DNA from: Blastocatellia bacterium
Lineage (GTDB): Bacteria > Acidobacteriota > Blastocatellia > RBC074
Length of the DNA: 37,068 bases
Direction: 5' to 3'
NCBI GenBank assembly: GCA_036274535.1
Contig: DASUFM010001023.1
Location: 1 to 37,068, forward strand
Shown piece after piece: positions 8,511 to 16,377 of the stretch. A program made the position numbers and the translations under genes. Numbering within the stretch: position 1 is the first letter of the stretch; each line of letters opens with the position of its first letter. Under the pieces are notes generated by a model that made no database searches, was not told the origin of the DNA, and saw nothing but the letters and a program-made list of their open reading frames with translations.

Positions 8511-11500
8511 CTATTGGGGAAGGCGTACCCGCCGCGAGGCGCGGGTCACTGGCTTGATCTCCGCAAGACGGGATTCCTCACAGGAGCCTTGAAGGCGCTC
8601 GACGATTTCAGCCAGACGCGCGATAGTTGGAGATTCAAACAGGGCGCGCAGCGGAAGCTCAACCGCCAAGGATTCTTTTACCCTCGAAGCTATCTGCGTG
8701 GCGAGCAGCGAATGACCTCCAAGTTCAAAGAAATCATCCTCGACCCCCACGCGCTCAGCCTTTAACACCTGCCGCCATATGTCCGCCAACGCTGTTTCGA
8801 TTGGAGTCCTGGGCGCGAGATGATGTTCCGTCAACTGAGCGCGCGACCATTGCGGATCCGGCAGCGCTCGACGATTGATCTTTCCGTTGGGCGTGAGCGG
8901 CAATTCCGGCAGCCACACATAGAAGTTTGGCGTCATGTGTTCCGGCAGTTTGGTTCTTAGATAGGTCCGCAACTGCGCGACAGATGGTCTCTCCGGCTCC
9001 GCATCGATTAAGTAAGCGACCAGATTCCGCCGCCCGTCATGATCTTCCCGCGACGCCACTACTGCGGCGCTGATAGATGGGTGCGCCAACAACACGGCTT
9101 CAATTTCGCCCAATTCTATTCGGAAGCCGCGTATCTTAACCTGCTGATCGCTTCGCCCCAGATATTCGATTCGACCATCGGGTAAAAACCGCGCCAGATC
9201 GCCAGTCCGGTACATGCGAGCGCCCCGGCGCCCGCTGAAAGGGTTCGGCGTAAATCTCTCGGCTGTCAGCGATGGCTGATTCAGGTAACAGCGCGCAAGT
9301 CCGGCGCCGCCGATGTAGAGTTCACCTGTAACGCCAACCGGCGCGGGCTGTAACGCCTCATTCAAAATGTAAATCTGCGTATTGGCTATCGGGCGTCCGA
9401 TGCTCGGATTTCCCGCCAGTTCATGCGGCGTCGCTTCGCATGTTGAGTATGTCGTGGACTCAGTGGGACCGTATAGATTGAAGACCCGCCGCGCCGCGGT
9501 CGTCTGATAAATTCGCTCGACCAGCGCTCCAGGCAAAGCCTCGCCGGCCAGGTTGACAGTCTGCGCGTTGGCGGGCGCGCCTCCCATCCTTATCAATTCC
9601 GCCATCGCCGAAGGCACGGTATTGATCAACGTCACTTCACCGGCGGCGGGCAGTTGTGGCGCCTGCAATGCGTTCTCGGCCATGACGATCGTGGCGCCAC
9701 AACTGAGCGGCGCGAAGATCTCAAACACGGAGAGGTCAAAACAGAGGGAGGTTGAGAAGAGCGTCCGAGCCAATTGCCGCGGCGTGAACTGAGTGAGAGC
9801 CCAGGAAAGGAAAGCGACCGCGTTCCGGTGCTCGATCGCCACGCCTTTCGGGCGACCGGTCGAACCCGATGTATATATCACATACGCCAGCTGTTCACTG
9901 CGCGCCTCTTCGCCTTCCCACTCCACCCTTTCTCCCGCCTCTTCCCCTCCCAACTCAACTACTTCGACTCCTCCTACCCTGCCCCTCTTTGATCCATCTC
10001 CCTCATCCACCAATAACACTCTCACTCCGGCGTCCATCATCATGTATTCCACTCGCTCGGCTGGATACTCAAGATCCAACGCCACATACGCCCCTCCCGC
10101 CATCAATACTCCAATCACCGCCCCCACCATCCACTCTCCACGCTTCATCAACACTCCCACTCGCTCCTCAGCCTTCAACCCGCGCGCCTGCAAAAGCCTG
10201 GCTACCAGCGCGGCTCTCCGCGCCAGTTCGCCGTAGCTGATCCGCCTGGATCCGCAAATCAGCGCTACGGCGTCGGGTTGACGAGCGGCCTGGAGGAGGA
10301 ACTGTTGATGAATGAGATCAACGGGAGGAAGCGGTTGGGTGGTCTGGTTCCAGGTAATGAGGATCTGGCGCAGCTCGGAGGGAGAGAGAAGCGGAATGGA
10401 GTTGATAGGTCGCGATGGACAGTCTGTGACGGCTGAAAGGAGGTTAAGCCAATGGCCCCGCAACCGTTCGATGGTTGTCCTGTCAAAAATATCCGTGTTG
10501 TATTCAATCGCGCCGATCAGTCCCTGCGCCGCATCGGCCATTGCCAGTGAAATGTCAAAACGCGTCGCGCATCTTTCAACGAACACTCCCTCCAGATCGA
10601 GCCCGCCCAAATCCACGCGCGCGCCCTCTGCGCCCAGGGCGAGTGAAGCCAGTTCACTCTGGCCCTCAAGCTGGACGTTCTGAAAAACAAACATCGCCTG
10701 GAAGACGGGCGTGCGCCCCGGGTCACGTCTGGGGTTCAGACGCTCAACCAGGCGATTGAATGGATAATCCTGATGTTCGATGGCCTCCAGCGCCGTCTCC
10801 CGGATCTGCCTGTGAAACTCATTGAAGGAAACGTTTGAGCTGAAACCGGCGCGTATGGGAAGCATGTTTACAAAATAGCCGGCGACATCGGCCCATTTCG
10901 CCGAGGCGCGACCGGCTGCTGGCGTCCCAACGATTATGTCTTCCTGCCACGTATGGCGATGCAGCAGCGCGTGGAAAGCAGCCAGCAATGTGACAAACAG
11001 GCTCGCTTCGTTCATGGAGCTGAACGCCTTAAGCGCGGCGGTCAAGTCAGGCGGGATGACAAGCCGCTCCGTGGCGCCGGAAAAGGCTTGCGCCAGCGGG
11101 CGCGGACGATCCGCCGGCAGATTAAGCATGGGTAATTCTCCGTTAAGGCGCCGGCGCCAGTAGCGCCACTGCTCTTCGCCCCTCGCGCCCGTGACGAACT
11201 CTTCCTGCCAGCGAACAAAATCCGTGTACCGCCATGCCGGCGCCGCGGGCGTCGCGGATTCTCCGCCAGTCTCCTCACGGTAAAGAAGACCAAGCTCGCG
11301 AGCGATGATCGCCATCGACCACATATCGGCGATGCTGTGATGTATGACCAGCAGGATCAAATGTTCTTCCGGTCCCAGACGGAATATGCGAACGCGAAAC
11401 AACGGCCCGCGTTCCAGGTCGAAACGGCGGTGAGCTTCTTTCTTCAGTTCCAGCCGCAACGCGCCGTCCTCCCAGTTCTCGGCTTCCACTTCCAGAAGCG

Positions 11501-13973
11501 GGATCTCAAAATCCGCTGGCGCCATGTATTGCGCGGGAGAGCCGCGCTCTATTCTGTAGGTCGTCCTCAATACTGGATGGCGCAAGGCGAGTTTTCGAAA
11601 ACAGCGTCGCAGGGCGGGAACATCCAGAGGGCGCCGCGAACGCGCCGCAATATGGATGTTGTCCGGAGTCAGGTCGCCTGGAACCTGACTCAGGAACCAG
11701 AACGCGCGCTGTCCATACGAGAGAGGATGGGAATCCGCTTCGGCGTCGTTCGAGGGTATGCTTTCCGGCCGCGCTTCATCCGATTTCCCTGGCGTTATCG
11801 TCGTCAACTGCGCGAAGCATTCGCGCGCCAGTTCGCCGAGCGTCGCGCCTCGTATGATCTCTGTCAGGGACAGGGAAACTCCAAGACCTTTTTCTATCCT
11901 GTGAACCAGATCTACGGCCTTGAGCGAATCCAGACCAGCCCAGTCGATCTGTTCGTTAGCTTTATGGCTGGGAAAATCGCGTCCGAAAGACGCGGATAGC
12001 GTGTCCCGCAGCCATCTTTCAATCGATTCCGGATCATGCGGGCGAACTCCCACGGCATCGCCCACGGCATCGCCCACGGCATCGCCCACGGCATCGCCCA
12101 CGGCATCGCCCACGGCATCGCCCACGGCATCGCCCACGGCATCGATGGATGGCGGCGCCACTGTTCCCGCCCGGCCGGCGTCGTCACGCCACGTGGCTAC
12201 AGTCCTGAGCGTCCCACCCAGGTAATCTTCGCGGCAGGAGTGTCGTTGAATCTTGCCGCTGGAAGTTTTGGGAATGCTCCCATAGCGGACAAAAACGATT
12301 TCATAAGGCTCCAGGCCGTGTTCCTTAATGATGGCCCGGCGAACATCCTCGAACAATCGCGCGAAATCCAGATCGCGGTAACGCCGAACCTCCTGCGCCA
12401 CTATCAACCGTTCTTCCCCATCGACGTCAGAAGAGAAAGCCGCGCTGGCATGAGGCGGGAAGGCTGTGTGGCTCCTCTCGACGGTCAGCTCGATATCCTG
12501 TGGATAATAGTTCAGACCGCGAATGATAATAAGGTCCTTCAGCCTTCCTGTCACAAACAACTGATCATCGATCAGAATGCCCAGATCGCCCGTGCGCAGG
12601 TAAGGGCCTTCGCCCGTGTCCGCCAGAAAAGCGCGAAACACCCGCTCGGTCGCGGAAGCGTTTTGCCAGTACCCCTGCGCGACGCTCGGACCCGAGACCC
12701 AGATTTCACCCACTCTTCCAGAGGGGCAGGGTATTCCTGTTTCAGGATCGACGATCCTGACGCGCTGCCCTGGCAGCCCCCTCCCTGACGCAACGAGCGT
12801 TTGCCCGGCGTCCTCGCCTTGTTCGGCCCCTTGCCCCGTATGGATGATTTGACACCGCTTGAGTGAGCGCGCCGCCACTGTCCGGCTGACTGGGCCGTGA
12901 CCTTTAGGGCCGCCGGTGACGATCAGCGTCGCTTCGGCCAGACCGTAGCATGGGAAGAAGGCGCGCGAGTTGAACCCGTATGGCGCGAAGGTCTCGCTGA
13001 AACGTTCCAGCGTGCTGTGACGCACCGCCTCAGAGCCGTTGAAAGCCACCTCCCAACACCGTAAATCAAGCCCTGCGCGTTGCTCCGGCGTGGTCCTCAG
13101 CGCGCACAGATCATAGGCGAAGTTGGGACCTCCGCTGATGTTCGCCCGCATGCGCGAGATCGCCTTCAGCCATTGGATCGGACTCTGCAGAAAAGTCTCC
13201 GGCGCCATCAACGAGCATCCATAACCGCCGTAGAGCGGTTGGAGGACGCTCCCGATCAGTCCCATGTCGTGATACATGGGAAGCCAGCTGACGCAATGGC
13301 TATCCGCGTCGTACTCAAAAGCGTGGCTTAAAAGCCTGGAATTGCTCAACAGGTTGGAATGAGTCAACACGACGCCATGCGGATCGCCCGTCGAACCCGA
13401 TGTGTATTGGATGAAAGCCGTCGTTCCCTCATTTATCCTGGTCTCTCGCCACTCAGAGGCTAATGACTCCGGCAGTTCCGTTGTATCTATCACCTGACGA
13501 ATCGATCCGTCATGCGCGCCGCCAAATGCGCTTTCAACCGCTTCCCGATTCTTCGACGCGGTGAGCGCCACGCTCGCGCGCGCGTCAAGCGCAAGAGTCT
13601 GTAAGCGCAGCGCGCGGCGATTGTGACGCGGCGGATAAGCGGGAACCGCTACGACTCCGGCGTACAGGCAACCGAAAAAAGCGGCGATGTATTCCAGCCC
13701 TGGTTGGTAGAGCGCCAGAACGCTTTCCCCGCCACTCACAATCGACTGCAGATAAGCCGCGATCATGCGGGCTCGATGATCGAGTTGACGATAAGTCAGT
13801 TCCGCCGCAACCGTTTCGCCGTCGTCCAGAAAACGATAAGCGACGCGATCCGGCTGGAGCCGAGCGCGTCGGCTCAACAGTTCCACAAGGGTTCTGGAAG
13901 ATTGCGGAGAATCCGGCGGATTTAAATCAGCGCCGCCGGCTTCCGCTCGTGGCGAATGAATCGTTTCGCGCAT
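8511..13973 (-). CDS. Lipoinitiation NRPS: fatty acyl-AMP ligase (FAAL)-ACP-C(starter type)-A-T.
   Basis: 1820 aa. FAAL: FIQYTSGSTGDPHGV, WLPMYHDMGLIG, GGPNFAYDLC, YLRTGDLG, SSGKIQR. ACP: WAGLDSLKAVDL. C domain: HPLSYGQRAFWF, HHSIADMWS. A domain: LAYVIYTSGSTGRPKG, NLYGPTESTTY, YRTGDLARF, GRSDQQVKIRGFRIELGEIE, PLTPNGKINRRAL. T domain: FFELGGHSLLATQI. ATG at 13973. Confidence 0.95.
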   Translation of the reverse strand: MRETIHSPRAEAGGADLNPPDSPQSSRTLVELLSRRARLQPDRVAYRFLDDGETVAAELTYRQLDHRARMIAAYLQSIVSGGESVLALYQPGLEYIAAFFGCLYAGVVAVPAYPPRHNRRALRLQTLALDARASVALTASKNREAVESAFGGAHDGSIRQVIDTTELPESLASEWRETRINEGTTAFIQYTSGSTGDPHGVVLTHSNLLSNSRLLSHAFEYDADSHCVSWLPMYHDMGLIGSVLQPLYGGYGCSLMAPETFLQSPIQWLKAISRMRANISGGPNFAYDLCALRTTPEQRAGLDLRCWEVAFNGSEAVRHSTLERFSETFAPYGFNSRAFFPCYGLAEATLIVTGGPKGHGPVSRTVAARSLKRCQIIHTGQGAEQGEDAGQTLVASGRGLPGQRVRIVDPETGIPCPSGRVGEIWVSGPSVAQGYWQNASATERVFRAFLADTGEGPYLRTGDLGILIDDQLFVTGRLKDLIIIRGLNYYPQDIELTVERSHTAFPPHASAAFSSDVDGEERLIVAQEVRRYRDLDFARLFEDVRRAIIKEHGLEPYEIVFVRYGSIPKTSSGKIQRHSCREDYLGGTLRTVATWRDDAGRAGTVAPPSIDAVGDAVGDAVGDAVGDAVGDAVGDAVGDAVGVRPHDPESIERWLRDTLSASFGRDFPSHKANEQIDWAGLDSLKAVDLVHRIEKGLGVSLSLTEIIRGATLGELARECFAQLTTITPGKSDEARPESIPSNDAEADSHPLSYGQRAFWFLSQVPGDLTPDNIHIAARSRRPLDVPALRRCFRKLALRHPVLRTTYRIERGSPAQYMAPADFEIPLLEVEAENWEDGALRLELKKEAHRRFDLERGPLFRVRIFRLGPEEHLILLVIHHSIADMWSMAIIARELGLLYREETGGESATPAAPAWRYTDFVRWQEEFVTGARGEEQWRYWRRRLNGELPMLNLPADRPRPLAQAFSGATERLVIPPDLTAALKAFSSMNEASLFVTLLAAFHALLHRHTWQEDIIVGTPAAGRASAKWADVAGYFVNMLPIRAGFSSNVSFNEFHRQIRETALEAIEHQDYPFNRLVERLNPRRDPGRTPVFQAMFVFQNVQLEGQSELASLALGAEGARVDLGGLDLEGVFVERCATRFDISLAMADAAQGLIGAIEYNTDIFDRTTIERLRGHWLNLLSAVTDCPSRPINSIPLLSPSELRQILITWNQTTQPLPPVDLIHQQFLLQAARQPDAVALICGSRRISYGELARRAALVARLLQARGLKAEERVGVLMKRGEWMVGAVIGVLMAGGAYVALDLEYPAERVEYMMMDAGVRVLLVDEGDGSKRGRVGGVEVVELGGEEAGERVEWEGEEARSEQLAYVIYTSGSTGRPKGVAIEHRNAVAFLSWALTQFTPRQLARTLFSTSLCFDLSVFEIFAPLSCGATIVMAENALQAPQLPAAGEVTLINTVPSAMAELIRMGGAPANAQTVNLAGEALPGALVERIYQTTAARRVFNLYGPTESTTYSTCEATPHELAGNPSIGRPIANTQIYILNEALQPAPVGVTGELYIGGAGLARCYLNQPSLTAERFTPNPFSGRRGARMYRTGDLARFLPDGRIEYLGRSDQQVKIRGFRIELGEIEAVLLAHPSISAAVVASREDHDGRRNLVAYLIDAEPERPSVAQLRTYLRTKLPEHMTPNFYVWLPELPLTPNGKINRRALPDPQWSRAQLTEHHLAPRTPIETALADIWRQVLKAERVGVEDDFFELGGHSLLATQIASRVKESLAVELPLRALFESPTIARLAEIVERLQGSCEESRLAEIKPVTRASRRVRLPQ
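12049..12145 (-). repeat. Perfect in-frame 12-nt tandem repeat, about 8 copies, encoding (DAVG)8 in the FAAL-ACP linker.
   Basis: The + strand unit CACGGCATCGCC is repeated without mismatch at 12051-12134, with a partial eighth copy to 12145. On the coding strand it is GGC GAT GCC GTG. The protein reads ...PPSIDAVGDAVGDAVGDAVGDAVGDAVGDAVGDAVGVRPHD... Confidence 0.97.
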
Positions 13974-13983
13974 AGACTCTCTT

Positions 13984-14016
13984 GTTCAGATCGCCGGCCC
14001 GGCCGGCGATCTGAAC
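13984..14016. other. 33-nt perfect GC-rich palindrome (16+1+16) in the mbtH-NRPS spacer. Candidate RNA hairpin or operator; function unknown.
   Basis: GTTCAGATCGCCGGCC c GGCCGGCGATCTGAAC. It lies between the mbtH-like stop (14031-14033) and the FAAL-NRPS ATG (13973). Its distal arm can alternatively pair with 14028-14034 (CTGAACG/CGTTCAG). Confidence 0.6.
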
Positions 14017-14030
14017 GTCTTTGGCGTCGT

Positions 14031-14261
14031 TCAGGACTTCGAAGCCGCTTCCTGCTCTGCCATCTTCTTCCGCAAGCTCAACGGCCGCATGTCAGTCCAC
14101 ACTTCCTTGATATGGGCCAGGCATTCGTCCTTCGGACCGCTCTTTCCCACATCATTCCAGCCGAGCGGATTCTCGCGGTCGGCCGGCCAGATCGAGTATT
14201 GCTCTTCGTGGTTGACAACCACTTTGTAGATGGTTGTGTCCTCTCTTTCATCTCTGTTCAT
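14031..14261 (-). CDS. MbtH-like protein (A-domain chaperone).
   Basis: 76 aa. Signature: [22 protein letters not shown]...[18 protein letters not shown], i.e. the N.E.QYS.WP...P.GW motif with conserved Trp residues. AAGGAGA Shine-Dalgarno just upstream. Confidence 0.93.
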   Translation of the reverse strand: MNRDEREDTTIYKVVVNHEEQYSIWPADRENPLGWNDVGKSGPKDECLAHIKEVWTDMRPLSLRKKMAEQEAASKS

Positions 14262-14351
14262 GATGTCTCCTTGCGTTAATTGATCAGGCTTATGGTGATT
14301 GCTCGGGGCTTTTCGATGGAGGGCTTCGGATCATCATCAGGTGACTTCGTC

Positions 14352-15389
14352 TCAGACTCGCCGGCTCCAGCGCGGCGGCAGGAAATTTTCGATCATGGTT
14401 CCTATGTTCCGGTCCCGCGCCAATTCATACACATACTTTCCGACGGCTAAATCCAACACCCCCAGGCCAAACGGGCTGAAGACAGTGATCTGTTCACGGT
14501 TTTCCGGCCAAGGCGCCGCGCCGCTGGTGATGTCGGCCAGCGCGCATTTTATAAAGTCGCGGTGGCCGACCAATTGTTCGGCCAGGTGCACGGAGGTCCT
14601 GGCGCGGCAAACGTGATCCGCATCATCCACCACGTTTATACATTTCAGTATGACCTGAGGCGTTAAATCGCGCAGAGAAATATGCAGGATGACGCCGCCG
14701 GGCCGGCAGGCGTCTAGACTGTCAATAAAGGGTTCGGTCGCCGTCGTAGCGAACGAGATCAACGGGCTGCTCTCCAGCGCGCTCTCGGCGTTTTCCCTGA
14801 GGACAACGTCCACGCGCCCGGAGAGAGCGCGACATTTCTCGGCGAATCTTGCGGCGTCGGCCGGCGACCTGTCGTAAAGATGGAAAGTTTTGAGCGAGGG
14901 AAACTGAGTCAGAAGAAAGCGCGCGATCTCGAAGTTTATCAACCCGCAGCCGATCATGCCGACGCCGTCTACTTCGCGGGAGACCAGATGTTTAGCGGCC
15001 AGAACAGCGCTGGCGGCGGTCCGTTTGGCGCTGATGATGGACCCTTCGAGGACCGCCTGGGGGCGGCCCGTCCTGGCCGAGTTGAGTATCATCACGGCGG
15101 AAGCGCGGTCCATGCCGGACTCCAGGTTCTGTGGAAAAGAAGAGACCCACTTCATGCCGGCGATTTCGAACCCGGCGCCCAGATAGGCCGGCAGCGCGAT
15201 GATGCGATTGCGCGGCTGCTCCGGAAAAGTCAGAAAGCTGGAATGCGGCAGAGAACTGGCCTGTCTGGCGTGCGTTTCATAAGCCGTTTGCGCTCTTTCC
15301 ATCAACTCCGACTCTCTGCCGGTCAGGAGCGAAACGATCTCTTCGCCTCGCAAAATCAACACTCCGCCGTTTTCATTAAGATCGCTCAT
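14352..15389 (-). CDS. sbnB: SbnB/VioK-type NAD-dependent dehydrogenase (ornithine cyclodeaminase/mu-crystallin fold), L-2,3-diaminopropionate synthesis.
   Basis: RIIALPAYLGAGFEIAGMKWVSSFPQN...MDRASAVMILNSARTGRPQAVLEGSIISAKRTAASAVLAAKHL...GMIGCGLI follows the SbnB pattern as I recall it. It sits next to an SbnA-like gene. I chose the ATG at 15389 (MSDLNENGG...). The ORF-track start at 15500 would add 37 non-conserved codons overlapping sbnA. Confidence 0.8.
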   Translation of the reverse strand: MSDLNENGGVLILRGEEIVSLLTGRESELMERAQTAYETHARQASSLPHSSFLTFPEQPRNRIIALPAYLGAGFEIAGMKWVSSFPQNLESGMDRASAVMILNSARTGRPQAVLEGSIISAKRTAASAVLAAKHLVSREVDGVGMIGCGLINFEIARFLLTQFPSLKTFHLYDRSPADAARFAEKCRALSGRVDVVLRENAESALESSPLISFATTATEPFIDSLDACRPGGVILHISLRDLTPQVILKCINVVDDADHVCRARTSVHLAEQLVGHRDFIKCALADITSGAAPWPENREQITVFSPFGLGVLDLAVGKYVYELARDRNIGTMIENFLPPRWSRRV

Positions 15390-16377
15390 GCGCAAGCTCC
15401 GATCCGTTTGTGACGCCGAATTCCGGCGTCGTTTGCCAGTGACTGCGAACCCATTCGTTCGAGTAGATCGTATCCAAATATCGTTCTCCGCGATCCGCAA
15501 AGATCATCACACAGGTCGAGCCCGGCGGGATCTCCGGCGCGACTCGGCGGACGGCCATCATCACGCCGCCCGAAGAGCCTCCTAACAGGAGGCTCTCATA
15601 ATGAACAAGCTGGCGACAGCCCACCACGCACTCCCAGTCCGTAACGTGTATACATTGGCGCGCAAGTTCGGCGCGGAACAATTCCGGGACAATGGCCGAA
15701 CCGTGACCAGGGATCAGGCGCTTTCGCGGCCGGTCGCCGAAGATGGCGCTGCCCGCCGCATCCACCGCCATGATCTTTGTTTGCGGACTATGTTCCAGGG
15801 CGTATTCCGCGCACCCCCTGAGCGTGCCGCATGAACTCGTCGCGCAGAATAGATAATCCACCTGGCCGCCCAGATCACGCAGAATCTCCCGCATCGTCGC
15901 ATAATGGGCGCGCGCATTGTTTATATTGGCGTACTGGTTGGGCCAATAGCTATTCGGGATTTCATGCAGCAGAGCCTGCACGCGCCTTATGCGGGCCTGC
16001 AACAATTCTCCGGTGACGGGGTCCGGTTCCGTGACAATGTCTATCTCGGCCCCGTAAGCGCGCAGAATATCTATGTTGTTCCTGGTCGTCTTGGCGTCCA
16101 CCACGCAAATAAACCGCAGACCATAGTGGGAGCAAATCTGCGCCAGCCCTACCCCAAGATTACCCGAACTGGATTCGATGATCGTGGCGCCGCTATCGAT
16201 CTGCCCGCTCTCCATCGCCCGGTTGATGAGGTTCAAGGCCGCGCGGTCTTTGATGCTGCCACCCAGGTTGAAGCCCTCCAGTTTGGCGAAGAGGCGAAAG
16301 CTCGCGCCTTCAATGATCCGATTCAATTGGATCAGCGGCGTATCGCCAATCAACTGCAAAATGTTTTCTTTGATCAT
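15376..16377 (-). CDS. sbnA: SbnA/VioB-type PLP enzyme (cysteine synthase fold), L-2,3-diaminopropionate synthesis.
   Basis: 333 aa. LIGDTPLIQL, FNLGGSIKDRAA (PLP lysine), ESSSGNLGVGLA, CATSSCGTLRG. It is paired with an SbnB-like gene. Its ATG overlaps the upstream gene's stop (ATGA at 16374-16377). Confidence 0.8.
   Translation of the reverse strand: MIKENILQLIGDTPLIQLNRIIEGASFRLFAKLEGFNLGGSIKDRAALNLINRAMESGQIDSGATIIESSSGNLGVGLAQICSHYGLRFICVVDAKTTRNNIDILRAYGAEIDIVTEPDPVTGELLQARIRRVQALLHEIPNSYWPNQYANINNARAHYATMREILRDLGGQVDYLFCATSSCGTLRGCAEYALEHSPQTKIMAVDAAGSAIFGDRPRKRLIPGHGSAIVPELFRAELARQCIHVTDWECVVGCRQLVHYESLLLGGSSGGVMMAVRRVAPEIPPGSTCVMIFADRGERYLDTIYSNEWVRSHWQTTPEFGVTNGSELAHERS

Noticed and set aside
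12049-12145. The 12-nt repeat array as a possible CRISPR or other non-coding repeat locus.
   Set aside because: The units are directly adjacent with no spacers and only 12 nt long. They are in frame within a continuous NRPS ORF, encoding (DAVG)8.
15390-15500. Longer SbnB start (ORF-track start at 15500).
   Set aside because: The extra 37 codons (MRIAENDIWIRSTRTNGF...) are not SbnB-like and would overlap sbnA by 125 nt. The ATG at 15389 gives a conserved-looking N-terminus and a 14-nt overlap typical of coupled genes.
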